From: Candidatus Saccharimonadales bacterium
GTDB lineage: Bacteria > Patescibacteriota > Saccharimonadia > Saccharimonadales > SZUA-47
Assembly (NCBI GenBank): GCA_041737385.1
Contig: JBGSRU010000002.1
Coordinates: 269,437-333,436, forward strand
Reading direction: 5' to 3'
DNA length: 64,000 nt
Shown piece by piece: positions 40,701 to 48,905 of this stretch. The translations under genes were made by a program, and so were the position numbers. The notes under the pieces are model-generated. The model made no database searches and was not told the origin of the DNA. It worked only from the letters and a program-made list of their open reading frames with translations. Numbering within the stretch: position 1 is the stretch's first letter; each line of letters starts with the position of its first letter.

Positions 40701-41067
40701 TACAGAAAACAAGACAGTGAACATCGTCGACTTCAAAACGGGCAAGCCACATGACAAATGGGAGCGCAGCGTCAAACTTCTTAAATACAAACAGCAGCTA
40801 TACTTCTACAAATTCTTGATAGAAGGCTCACACACATGGAGTGGGTATAAAGTAGCAGAAGCCCGCCTCGAATTCGTCGAGCCAAACAGTGAAGGCAAGG
40901 TATTGCCGCCGTTAAAGATTGAGTTCAGTGTTGCAGATGTAAAAGAGACAAAAGCGCTGATTCAAGCAGTCTGGAACAGGATCGAAGCTCTTGATCTACC
41001 CGATGTTTCAACATACTCTGACGATTACAAAGGTACGTCAATGTTTATAGAGTCTTTGCTGCTATAG
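37768..41067 (+). CDS. UvrD/PcrA-family helicase fused to a C-terminal PD-(D/E)XK nuclease (AddA/RecB-like)
   Basis: Walker A AGPGTGKTQ, LLDEFQDTN, VGDDDQAIYAFQGA, TAYKAKGLEF and VAITRAK, plus the C-terminal nuclease motif GKIDRLE...IVDFKTGK. TATACT at 37754-37759 lies 8 nt upstream of the ATG. Confidence 0.85.
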   Translation: MKEIKLNAAQQQAVDQIYGPLLVLAGPGTGKTQLLSARIANILEQTDASAQNILCLTFTEKAALNMRERLAGIIKDDAYDVHINTYHGFGSDIIRQYPEYFEEINLETGEDSRLERPIDDLQRIQIITELVNKLPYSSPLIGARHYVKNVASTISELKRGLYTPESLRTLASDNLRQVQELSPKLADYIGIIKSFPRTADKAVELFSGVEDILSDHKGLAEIAHEELEQAIAEAVETQKSKPLTAWKNVWLTKDAQNNYRFTDEQQHLRIAELANLYEKYQQALEASQLYDFDDMILRSIDALKNKDELRFNLQEKYQFILLDEFQDTNAAQFELVKLLADNPINEGQPNIFAVGDDDQAIYAFQGARVSNMLGFINAFRDVKVINLTENYRSHPDLIHTAHNVASQIESRLHYNLEGVNKTLQASASDLPADASIERHEFASEASEYAWVADRIASLIAGGTNPSEIAVLAPKHKLLENIVPFMVANGIPISYEKREDILHTPLMRAFRSMIELVRAAHDGDDIRINELLPRVLSLDFYQIPVADIWKVNWAYRTRDEDRSWVEIALETDSLAPHVMFYLSLGLKAAEEPLEYLLDYLTGSAPLVIDAEISYTSPLKEFYFSDRDSDPLKFYETLANLSTIREHLRAHQTGEVRLLGLQDFLDFIDAHEAADQPLINTHPIAQAQSSVQLMTAYKAKGLEFEHVFLLSVHDDVWGKKARVNSNKLSLPANLQHIRYQGSSEDELRRILFVAITRAKHGLYLSSHANKDNGRSTEAVKYLLEFDDGEARKTTVFPEAKQILRETSFTPAETMQHIDTMWHSRHVTLDADLKSLLSSRLETYQMSPTHLNTFIDMEYGGPEQFLLNTLLRFPKAPGEDGEFGNAVHTTLDWYQKRIGEDSKPELDKVLVEFDKQLSRRYIPADRMDDFRDRGHHALKLYIPASEDTFTRTAKAEVDFKGEGVMLGEAHLAGKIDRLEIDTENKTVNIVDFKTGKPHDKWERSVKLLKYKQQLYFYKFLIEGSHTWSGYKVAEARLEFVEPNSEGKVLPPLKIEFSVADVKETKALIQAVWNRIEALDLPDVSTYSDDYKGTSMFIESLLL

Positions 41068-41964
41068 ATAATACCGTCTGCTGTTCGTATTTCCAGTTGC
41101 CTTAATCCGACCAGCATGTACGAGTTTCTGCAGATAACCTGACGTTAGTTTTTCTGATAGATTAATTTGGTTTGCGATAGAGTGCACGGTCGTTTGCGAG
41201 TTAGCTCTCACTATTTTTTCAATTGCATCCATCATGTCGTTCATATGTGCTTTTCGGTTACTGTTTGATTGTGCCCGTGCGCCTGCAATATGTTCACGTG
41301 CCCACAGTCGACGCGCTGCATCTAGTTCATCGCTGGTTAATGCTAATACTCGTTCCGGCACACCTTCAGTATCTTTATCTACATGTTCAGCAGGCACCGG
41401 AGTTGCTTCTTCTGCTTTTATTTCTTCGACTTTCTTCTCAACCTCAATATCCTTCCTCACTTCTGTCTCCACTTTGGGAGTTACCGGCGCTACAGGTGGT
41501 GTTGTTTCTGGCGCAGTTATTTTTGGCCCCACTACAGGTGGTGTAGACGCTACAGGTGGTGGTGTATCAACTTTTGGTGCTTCGTCCTTTGGTTGCTCAA
41601 CTGCAACAGCCTCTGCAGCTGGTTCTTTCTCAACTATCAAATTTGTATTATCAATTATTCCTGTACCTTCAGATTCCTGTGTTGGAGCAGGGGGAGCTGG
41701 AAGTGGAACTGTTTCCTCAGCAGCTGGTTCATTTTCAAGTATCAAGTTTGAATTATCAATTATTCCTGCATCTTCGGGTTCTTGTGTTGGAGTTGGAGCG
41801 GGAAGTAGAGCTGTTTCCTCAGCAGCTGGTTCTTCCTCAACTATCAAATTTGAGTTATCAATTATTCCTATATTTTCAGGTTCTGTTGCCTCAATTATCA
41901 CCGTATCATTATCAGATATATCCGCTGCTATAGGTTCTTCTGGCATGGCTTGATTATAGCGCAT
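41062..41964 (-). CDS. Acidic, proline-rich repeat protein with a C-terminal winged-helix-like domain
   Basis: Three ~33-aa tandem units (GIIDNSNLIVEEEPAAEET...PAPTPTQ), a P/T/V-rich linker and a C-terminal TVHSIANQINLSEKLTSGYLQKLVHAGRIKATG resembling a wHTH. Confidence 0.5.
   Translation of the reverse strand: MRYNQAMPEEPIAADISDNDTVIIEATEPENIGIIDNSNLIVEEEPAAEETALLPAPTPTQEPEDAGIIDNSNLILENEPAAEETVPLPAPPAPTQESEGTGIIDNTNLIVEKEPAAEAVAVEQPKDEAPKVDTPPPVASTPPVVGPKITAPETTPPVAPVTPKVETEVRKDIEVEKKVEEIKAEEATPVPAEHVDKDTEGVPERVLALTSDELDAARRLWAREHIAGARAQSNSNRKAHMNDMMDAIEKIVRANSQTTVHSIANQINLSEKLTSGYLQKLVHAGRIKATGNTNSRRYYL
41590..41886. repeat. Three in-frame tandem repeats of about 100 bp inside the 41062-41964 gene
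   Basis: ATTATTCCT...TCAACTATCAAATTTG-type units recur three times on the plus strand. They correspond to the GIIDN(S/T)NLI(V/L)E repeats of the protein. Confidence 0.7.
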
Positions 41965-42003
41965 ATGCTAAAAGTGCTTTTTTATTTTTGATTTTAAAAT
42001 TTT

Positions 42004-42308
42004 GTGGGTTACCTCGTCCCACACCCACGACATACTTTCTTGTGTTGACTATAAAGTATGCAAAGAAACAACAGCAGGGCAATATAGCACTATAGAAAAG
42101 CATGCAACTGCTCCAGTTCTTGCGGAACACTAAGGCGGTCAAAAGTGTTACATGTTTTAATTACTTTTGACTGGTCCTCAGAAATGATTCTGAATCAGCT
42201 CCATACTTTTCATCGGTATATCGCCTTTATGCTGGTTTAAAGCAAACTCAGGCATCAATTATCAGACATCAGACATTACTCATACTAGTTATATGCTGGT
42301 TTGGCTGC
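42004..42308. repeat. Structured intergenic repeat, copy A (hairpins H1, H2 and H3 plus two ATGCTGGTTT modules)
   Basis: H1 is GTGGG-N9-CCCAC (42004-42022). H2 is CATACTTT-N14-AAAGTATG (42031-42060). The conserved CAAAGAAACAACAGC follows. H3 is GTCAAAAGT-N16-ACTTTTGAC (42138-42171). ATGCTGGTTT occurs at 42229 and 42293. The copy is homologous along its whole length to 52017-52255. Confidence 0.8.
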
Positions 42309-42415
42309 AAACTGTAAATCTAAAATCAATAATCTAATATCTAATATCTCCATCGTCTATCAAACCATTTGACTGCAACTAGTAACAAGCTTCGATACAG
42401 AGTAAAATAAAATTA

Positions 42416-42829
42416 ATGGCAATTTATAAATCTAAATACAGCAAAATTAAAGCAAGTTCTCACTCTGTATTAATAAAAGAAACTAGAAAACAGTACCACA
42501 CTATTCAGAAAAAGAACCCACGTAGAGTGCCCTACGTTAGGTCTGCATACTTTACAAAGGATAAAATATTTGTAAATCTATTTTGGCCGCATTTACAACA
42601 AAAGACATCAGGAGATCAAGTTAGGCGATTGCAGTTATATGCATGTGCTATTGATTTAATTCGCAATTCAAAAAATACTCCAGAAACAATATTCACCCAC
42701 ACAGACAAAGAACACGCACTGCATCGCTTTGAAGGGTTAAGTGCTGATGGTGCAAAATTCTATGTTCAAATAAGAGAGAATAAACGGACAAACAGAAAAG
42801 ATTTTATGTCTTGTTTCCCTGCAAAATAA
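42416..42829 (+). CDS. Basic hypothetical protein
   Basis: 137 aa, Lys/Arg-rich. The YVQIRENKRTNRKDFMSCFP C-terminus resembles uncharacterised proteins I recall from small-genome bacteria. No functional motif found. Confidence 0.45.
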   Translation: MAIYKSKYSKIKASSHSVLIKETRKQYHTIQKKNPRRVPYVRSAYFTKDKIFVNLFWPHLQQKTSGDQVRRLQLYACAIDLIRNSKNTPETIFTHTDKEHALHRFEGLSADGAKFYVQIRENKRTNRKDFMSCFPAK

Positions 42830-43007
42830 AAAGGCCCTTTGCGCTGGGTAGCCTAGAAACTACGGGCAAAAGGTCTTAAAATTATATTAGCATAAGGGTA
42901 TGCCATATGTCAATTTGTGTAGAGGCAGTTCGGTAGGGTGTAAAAAGGCAGTCGTTCATTTTAAACATGCTTTTGTATAGACGCATCAATTACTATAAAA
43001 TTTGACG

Positions 43008-43562
43008 ATGAGCTCAAGCATAAATAGACTAGAATCTTTATTCGGAGAAGATAGACCACAGTTAGATGTGACCGCAGGATATGAGGATAGGAGTCCTGAT
43101 GGTATTGCTACAGAATTTTTAGCAGGCTTAGATGAGACGGAAAGAGAAGCTATTCAATCGCTAGCCGAAAGGGGACTAAATGATCCTTTATTATTTCCCG
43201 CCCATATTCACGCATTACTTGATGAGCTGGATGGCTATGACCCTAACCGCACTAAAGGTAGTAGCTACTATGCAACTGAAGAACTTAGAAGAATTGAACT
43301 ATGGTTTTCTGTACTGCATAATCGTGGAGCAGTTCCATATTTAAGGACTGAGTTTGACACAAAAACGAGTGTTGATGCCTCAATTACTTTTTGGGATATT
43401 TTAGAAATAGATCAGGTAAATAAACTAGAAGAACTTATGCACCCACCCTTTGAGCTTATAAACAGACACATACAAGATGAGGCTAATCCAAGCAGCAATT
43501 TCATGAAGACGATGTATGCTGTACTGGCACAGAGTATGCTAAGAGATAAAGCACAACAATAG
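43008..43562 (+). CDS. Hypothetical protein
   Basis: Open frame from TTG 43002 or ATG 43008. No recognisable motif. Confidence 0.4.
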   Translation: MSSSINRLESLFGEDRPQLDVTAGYEDRSPDGIATEFLAGLDETEREAIQSLAERGLNDPLLFPAHIHALLDELDGYDPNRTKGSSYYATEELRRIELWFSVLHNRGAVPYLRTEFDTKTSVDASITFWDILEIDQVNKLEELMHPPFELINRHIQDEANPSSNFMKTMYAVLAQSMLRDKAQQ

Positions 43563-43614
43563 ATTAGTAGTTCTTAAAATATCCGCCGTTTAAATTGTGC
43601 ATTATGCGTTGCTT

Positions 43615-44127
43615 TTAAAACAGCATCTTTTCAAGTGCTTTGATATCTCGTTGACGCCATTTATCTTGAGATATTAGGCCTTTATTATTAGCAATAATTG
43701 CTTCTTTTGATAGTAACGGGAGTGTAAAGCCTTCAAACTCGACATTCTCAACTTCAGGGAACCCATCTTTATAATACTTACTAAATACACTAACTTTTGG
43801 GTTATAAACAAGTAGTTCATCCATAGTGCACATATCTAAAACTTGTCCTTCAATATTTAACTCTAAATTATAGTTATTGTAATTCTCATCAACATAGTTA
43901 ATTAAATCTTGCGAAATATGTGGCTTTACATCCTTCAAAAAATTCCTAAACTCTGGGCTGTCTTTTGACGTATCAATGTCTATATCGATATCAGTCAGCA
44001 GCCTATCTACTCCGTATACATAGCATGCAAAACCACCTGTTATAACCCAGTCAAACTTATATATATTTAGTAAGGGGATTATGAAGTTTAAGGCTTTTCG
44101 GGCTTTTTGATTTTCTTTATGTGTCAT
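43615..44127 (-). CDS. Nucleotidyltransferase-fold protein (Lnu/ANT-like)
   Basis: WVITGGFACYVYGVDRLLTDIDIDID matches the GG...G..R...D.D pattern of lincosamide/aminoglycoside nucleotidyltransferase-like enzymes. The start is probably ATG 44127 (MTHKENQ), because the listed 44214 start runs into repeat copy B. Confidence 0.55.
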   Translation of the reverse strand: MTHKENQKARKALNFIIPLLNIYKFDWVITGGFACYVYGVDRLLTDIDIDIDTSKDSPEFRNFLKDVKPHISQDLINYVDENYNNYNLELNIEGQVLDMCTMDELLVYNPKVSVFSKYYKDGFPEVENVEFEGFTLPLLSKEAIIANNKGLISQDKWRQRDIKALEKMLF

Positions 44128-44184
44128 GAGAGGAGTATAGCAAGAATTGGAGTGAAGAACCGGCTGTCTTTTTAGAACCTGTTT

Positions 44185-44338
44185 GTGGGGTACCTCGTCC
44201 CATACTCTCAGCATTGATTCGGAAAATTATTGGACACATCACTCAGTTTTCACGCTTTATGCTGGTTTAAAGCAAACTCAGGCATCAATTATCAGACATC
44301 AGACATTACTCATACCAGTTTTATGCTGGTTTGGCTGC
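44185..44338. repeat. Structured intergenic repeat, copy B (H1 plus the right-hand 86-bp module; H2 and H3 absent)
   Basis: GTGGGGTACCTCGTCCCAT at 44185-44203. Segment 44253-44338 is nearly identical to 42222-42308 and includes both ATGCTGGTTT motifs (44259, 44323). Confidence 0.8.
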
Positions 44339-44352
44339 GAGCAGACAGGATA

Positions 44353-44381
44353 TTGACTTTTAGTACTCTTTGTGTTACTAT
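44353..44381 (+). promoter_or_regulatory. Sigma70-like promoter for the leaderless ORF at 44388
   Basis: TTGACT (44353-44358), a 17-nt spacer, then TACTAT (44376-44381). ATG 44388 lies 6 nt downstream. Confidence 0.55.
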
Positions 44382-44387
44382 ACAATT

Positions 44388-44960
44388 ATGAGTAATTGGG
44401 TACATTTTCCCCTTGACGTTCCGCGCCCTGATATAAACTCGGACTTCAACGAAAAACAAAGGGATGAGCTTGAACTACTTGTAGCACATCAAGTAAGCGG
44501 CTTACTTCGACATTACGGAGAAATAATTGATCAAGGCGTTGACAATTCAGGTTGCCCGGACGTTGACGAACCTCAAACGTTTTACGGTATTGAAGTCGAC
44601 TGCTTCGTTTTTGATGATGACAGCGAGTTACTATTAGGTCAATTTCCGGATAGCCCTGACGGATTCGTCACATCTGCAGGAGCTCATGCAGTACGGAAAT
44701 TGGATGATGATGGTTCGCCTGAATTTTGTATTACTGTCTGGGATCCCGAAGTTGATTCAGCAAATCGAGTACATACTTCCACAGGGGATAAAGTTGAACT
44801 TGCTACGCTAAACGAGCTTTATCATGTATTATTTGTAATAGCATCTGATTTTGCATTTACACACGACGCACCAGAAAATAATGATCCTTCAGAATATCCA
44901 ATACCAGTCGTTGAACCCATAATTGAAACTATGGCACAACAATTTTTAGGTGATGAATAG
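44388..44960 (+). CDS. Highly acidic hypothetical protein
   Basis: 190 aa from ATG 44388 (MSNWVHFPL), rich in Asp and Glu. No motif recognised. Confidence 0.45.
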   Translation: MSNWVHFPLDVPRPDINSDFNEKQRDELELLVAHQVSGLLRHYGEIIDQGVDNSGCPDVDEPQTFYGIEVDCFVFDDDSELLLGQFPDSPDGFVTSAGAHAVRKLDDDGSPEFCITVWDPEVDSANRVHTSTGDKVELATLNELYHVLFVIASDFAFTHDAPENNDPSEYPIPVVEPIIETMAQQFLGDE

Positions 44961-45116
44961 CTAATAACTTTCAACTAGGTCTCATAGACTGATTCAGCGC
45001 AGCAGCGTCACTCGTCACCTCTTTTTGCTGAAAAAGAAACTTGCATTAACCTTAATAAAGATTACGCCGTATTAAAATTATTTGTTTTTGTATAAATTTT
45101 ATTATATAATAATCTT

Positions 45117-45842
45117 ATGAGATCTGACCAACTACCATTCCATCCGTCTTTTGAGCGTACACGTAGAACAGACGAGGGTCACTTGATGTCTTCAGATCGT
45201 TTTCCTGATATAGTGATTAGAGATAGCACATATATCGATCCGAACGAAGACAGAATGTTTCTTGTCAGATCAGGCAATGAACAAATAAAGTTACTAGAGA
45301 CTCTAGGAATACAAACTGTAAACCCTCGACCGATAATTACTGAAACTGGAATTGCACTAGTGGTAGACAGAGTCCAAGGAAACACCCTGGAGGAAGAAAT
45401 AGAATCTGGCAACACAGAGGCAACAACTGAATATGGAAGAACTTTGGTTAAGTTGACTCAGTACTACAAAGGCAGTATAGAAGAACCCGGTACTGCTGTA
45501 CTGGGCGACATCGTTGCCTCATGCCAGTTCACGTGGCAGAATAACGAAGCCGTACTGCATGACATAAGCACCGTAAAAATGGATAAACTAAGCTTCGTTT
45601 TACTTAACAGCTGTCATATCGCTTACGAATTAGCCAGACATCATAAGTCATTTGACGAAGCCACAATAACAGAAATCACGAAAGGTCTTGGTGAAATAAG
45701 TAAATCTTTAGATGATAGTCAAGACATTGACCGTAAATCGAAATTATTCTTAAGCCTGACGCTAGCACTAGTAGAAAGTTCCCGGTCAGATACACTGCAA
45801 CTTCTAGCTGATGCTTACGATGCAGATGTTTTTGAAAATTAA
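45117..45842 (+). CDS. Hypothetical protein (weak kinase-like N-lobe resemblance)
   Basis: 241 aa. TATAAT at 45105-45110 lies 6 nt upstream of the ATG. LVVDRVQGNTLEEE resembles the hinge of APH/choline-kinase folds, but no clear catalytic loop is present. Confidence 0.4.
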   Translation: MRSDQLPFHPSFERTRRTDEGHLMSSDRFPDIVIRDSTYIDPNEDRMFLVRSGNEQIKLLETLGIQTVNPRPIITETGIALVVDRVQGNTLEEEIESGNTEATTEYGRTLVKLTQYYKGSIEEPGTAVLGDIVASCQFTWQNNEAVLHDISTVKMDKLSFVLLNSCHIAYELARHHKSFDEATITEITKGLGEISKSLDDSQDIDRKSKLFLSLTLALVESSRSDTLQLLADAYDADVFEN

Positions 45843-46191
45843 AAACATCTATTCCTGTCAACTATCCGCCTATACCGAATTCTTAATAGAATAGATACCA
45901 AAATAATCGCAGCGGGATAAAAAAGCAGGGTAAACTCATAGTCTATTTTTGCTTAAGTCAAGAACGCTTTGGCGTCCAGCAAACAATTCTTACGTTGTGT
46001 GTTTCTGGATTAGCTTTCTGCTTGACTCAAAAATAAACTATAAGCCTTCTCTGACTCCTCCTCATTATGCTGGTTTAGCTGCAGAGATATTAAAAAACTA
46101 ACAACTATAAATTTATAATGGTTAAATTAATAATCTGTAATAATTGCCATCCGTAAAAGGTCAGAATTTCATTTTTATTTTTTTAAATTGA

Positions 46192-47664
46192 TTATTTATT
46201 CCTATTATTTAATTTTATTGTTTGTGTAACACCAATAGCTTTGAAGAAAAATTCATCATGTGATGAAATCAGCATAGCGCCTTTATATTTTTCTAAAGCC
46301 TGTTCGATGTTTTCTCTTGTTGGTATGTCTAAGTGATTTGTCGGTTCATCTAAGATCAACAAGTCATTTTTAGCAAGTAGTAACTTTGCGAAACTTAGCT
46401 TAGACTGTTGGCCACGAGATAATTCACTTGGGTATTTTTTCAAATCTGTTCCACCCATGCCGAGTGCGCGCGCCTCACGGTAAATGTCTGTTATGTCCGC
46501 ATCGGAGTCAAGCAAGTTATCTAACGCAGTTTTAGAGGTATCAATTCCGTCGACATCTTGTGACAGATATCCAATAGAAATATTTTCTCCGACAGTAACT
46601 TTACCACTTGTTGGACTAATTTCACCTAATGCTATCTTTAGTAGAGTAGATTTACCGCTACCGTTCTTGCCATTTATCCTAAATCGATCATTGCCCCGCA
46701 CTTCAAAAGACAGGTTGCTAAAAAGTTTTTTACTGAACTCCATCGAAACATCTTCCACGCTCAATACAAGTTTGTGCAAATGTGCTCCGCCATCAATAGC
46801 TATTTTATAGCTTCTTTTGTTCTCTGGTTTATCGAGCTCACTAATTTGCTTCAAACGCGATTCCATAGAACGTACTTGCTGTCCATACTGCCTAGTTACA
46901 CGGTTCTTGAAATAGTCCCGTTGAGCCTTGTCATTATCCGTGCGCTTGATGTGTTTATGAGTGTGCAGTTCTAATTCACGACGCTGTCTAAGAGCACTCT
47001 CTACCCGTCTACGTTCTTCGATGCTTGCTTCGTACGCTTCTTCTGCGTGGAGACTTTCAAGGTCCTTTTGTTGCCTATAGTTATCATAGTTTCCGCTATA
47101 GACTTTCAGGATTCCTGATTTAAGATCTAATATCTTAGATGCAGATTTATTAATGAAGTTACGATCATGGCTTATTATCACTACTGAGCCCTTAAAATGT
47201 TTTACATATTTTTCTAACCACACTAGGCCTTCCGCATCAAGGTTATTGGTAGGCTCATCTAGTAGTAGTACGTTAGGTTTAGGCTGTTTTGCTAGAACTA
47301 TAGCTATAGCAAGACGAGTTTTCTCACCACCGCTTAAAAGCTTCGTGTTAAAATCCATTGGTTTTTTTAAGCCAACGTCTTGCAACGCTAAATCAATTCG
47401 CCATTGTTCAGTATCGTCATCAAAGCACTGATTAATAGCCGTTCCAAAATCCTCTTGCTGTGGTACATAACCAGCAGCTGCACTCGGAACCTCGACTTTT
47501 CCATTATCGGGCTTGATTTTACTTAGCAGAATCTTTAACAGCGTCGTTTTGCCAGCTCCATTTTCACCAATAAGAGCAATAACCTCGTTGTGAAGCGTGA
47601 GGTTTATATCTTTAAGGACTTCTTTAGCCCCAAAGGATTTACTAATATTTATGAGTTTATACAT
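46192..47664 (-). CDS. ABC-F family ATPase (two ABC cassettes, no TM domain), ARE/translation-factor type
   Basis: Walker A GENGAGKTT and GKNGSGKST, signatures LSGGEKTR and LSRGQQSK, and Walker B LLLDEPTNNLD and LILDEPTNHLD. A charged interdomain linker is present. The start is ATG 47664 with a GGAGA RBS. Confidence 0.85.
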   Translation of the reverse strand: MYKLINISKSFGAKEVLKDINLTLHNEVIALIGENGAGKTTLLKILLSKIKPDNGKVEVPSAAAGYVPQQEDFGTAINQCFDDDTEQWRIDLALQDVGLKKPMDFNTKLLSGGEKTRLAIAIVLAKQPKPNVLLLDEPTNNLDAEGLVWLEKYVKHFKGSVVIISHDRNFINKSASKILDLKSGILKVYSGNYDNYRQQKDLESLHAEEAYEASIEERRRVESALRQRRELELHTHKHIKRTDNDKAQRDYFKNRVTRQYGQQVRSMESRLKQISELDKPENKRSYKIAIDGGAHLHKLVLSVEDVSMEFSKKLFSNLSFEVRGNDRFRINGKNGSGKSTLLKIALGEISPTSGKVTVGENISIGYLSQDVDGIDTSKTALDNLLDSDADITDIYREARALGMGGTDLKKYPSELSRGQQSKLSFAKLLLAKNDLLILDEPTNHLDIPTRENIEQALEKYKGAMLISSHDEFFFKAIGVTQTIKLNNRNK

Positions 47665-47676
47665 ATTTTCTCCAAA

Positions 47677-47723
47677 CAAAAAACCGAGCACGTTGTTGAC
47701 TAGTAGTCACACGAATGCTCGGT
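47677..47723 (-). terminator. Leader terminator (attenuator) immediately upstream of the ABC-F RBS
   Basis: The minus strand reads ACCGAGCA-N25-TGCTCGGT followed by TTTTTT, and ends 7 nt before the GGAGA of the ABC-F gene. Confidence 0.65.
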
Positions 47724-47785
47724 ACTTTTAGATAGAGTTAACTGATATAACAATCAATAGCAAAGTCTGCACGAATTCGTGTGAT

Positions 47786-47809
47786 CTAGCTGTTGATTGT
47801 GTCTATCAT
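47786..47809 (-). CDS. 7-codon upstream ORF (MIDTINS) in the ABC-F leader
   Basis: ATGATAGACACAATCAACAGCTAG on the minus strand, preceded by AAGGAG. The stop is followed directly by ATCACACGAAT, which is complementary to ATTCGTGTGA inside the terminator loop. Confidence 0.5.
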   Translation of the reverse strand: MIDTINS

Positions 47810-47836
47810 TTGTATAAAAACTCCTTATTTGTATAG

Positions 47837-47865
47837 ATATTACCATAAACAAGAAGGTTGGTCAA
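47837..47865 (-). promoter_or_regulatory. Sigma70-like promoter of the ABC-F leader
   Basis: The minus strand reads TTGACC, a 17-nt spacer, then TAATAT. Confidence 0.55.
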
Positions 47866-47922
47866 CAATATTGCTTGTGTTTTTCAATCTGCCAGCCCTC
47901 AAGAGAAACTCAGCTGTTGATA

Positions 47923-48861
47923 TCAACTAATCTGCTCGTTAAACTTATCCACCAATTCTGTTACGTGTGACCATTCCTTCATGAGATTCATGGTATCTAG
48001 TAAGATATATGCTTTTATCCTATCTTTAAGCAAGGGATGTTTGAACATTTCAGGGTAGTACTTTTCATACCAACTGCGGAGGTTTTTGTAGTCTTCAGGC
48101 ATAGCAAACTTTTCGTTTTCTTCAGTAGCGTACTTCTTTGGGTCGTCCATGAGCTTCGTTACTACAAATAGAGGATAGTCTACAGCACAGACATCAACAC
48201 TCTCTAGATCAATGAGAGCTTTAAGCTTAAAATTATCATCAACAATAATATTGTCGAAATGTACGTCCCAGAAAACAGGGCACATTTTATCCGTCTTGAG
48301 GGCGTCTAGATACTTACTAAACGTATTCTTTAGCGCAGAATCCTGAGCCTGAGCGATTATATTCTTATCAAGTAGTTCTCTGGCCATATCCTCAAGTCTT
48401 GTTTGCAGGTAAATGTGCCAGGGCTGGTCTTGCTCGCTAGGCAAAAACTCGACGCTAATCTTGTTAATTTTTCTTAAAATAGTTGATAGGTCTTTGACGA
48501 TGGCTTCTCTTTGAGCGTCGGTTGCAAGATGCCATACATGCCCTAAAACAGGGCCGTCTACGAACGCCATGAATATGTAATGTCTTCTATCGTCCGTCTC
48601 TCCTTCGGCAACAAAAGATGGTCTTGCAAAATCTATATCCGAGCTAAGTATCGCACGTTCAGTTTGGTACCGCTTATTACCATCTTCAGACTTATAGATT
48701 TTAAGTACCAGGTCATCATTAATTTTATAGACCTCGTTCATAAAGCCTATTGTTATTCGTGAATGAGTAAAATACTCTATGTCATTTAGTTCGCATAGTT
48801 GCTTGATCTGGTCTGTGCTGAACGTTGATTCTGGATTCATTACGCTAAATATCTTCCACAC
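47923..48861 (-). CDS. Aminoglycoside/macrolide phosphotransferase-like kinase (APH/ChoK fold)
   Basis: Catalytic-loop-like FWDVHFDNIIV (D-x4-N) followed by ALIDLES (the DFG equivalent), in a protein of about 300 aa. Confidence 0.65.
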   Translation of the reverse strand: MWKIFSVMNPESTFSTDQIKQLCELNDIEYFTHSRITIGFMNEVYKINDDLVLKIYKSEDGNKRYQTERAILSSDIDFARPSFVAEGETDDRRHYIFMAFVDGPVLGHVWHLATDAQREAIVKDLSTILRKINKISVEFLPSEQDQPWHIYLQTRLEDMARELLDKNIIAQAQDSALKNTFSKYLDALKTDKMCPVFWDVHFDNIIVDDNFKLKALIDLESVDVCAVDYPLFVVTKLMDDPKKYATEENEKFAMPEDYKNLRSWYEKYYPEMFKHPLLKDRIKAYILLDTMNLMKEWSHVTELVDKFNEQIS

Positions 48862-48905
48862 ATATGGTTAGCTTATTTATCTGGCCTTCAAGTTTTTCGA
48901 TTGTG

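Noticed and set aside
41234-41953. A 239-aa plus-strand ORF, and the parallel ORFs at 41223-41546, 41383-41751 and 41556-41933.
   Set aside because: They lie antisense to the tandem-repeat gene at 41062-41964. They are low-complexity Ser/Gly/Ala or Leu/Gln mirror translations of the repeats. They have no start context, whereas the minus-strand frame has a coherent domain layout.
41954-42142. A 62-aa minus-strand ORF, and the analogous 67-aa ORF at 52022-52225, inside repeat copies A and C.
   Set aside because: The nucleotides shared by the two copies are read in different frames (CCCFFAYF against PLLFLCIL). Conservation is therefore at the nucleotide or structure level, not protein.
46118-46156. 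A 12-codon ORF (MVKLIICNNCHP) just downstream of a TATAAT-like box after the solo ATGCTGGTTT motif.
   Set aside because: It is too short and unsupported. It is noted only because the motif-plus-promoter arrangement is otherwise orphaned here.
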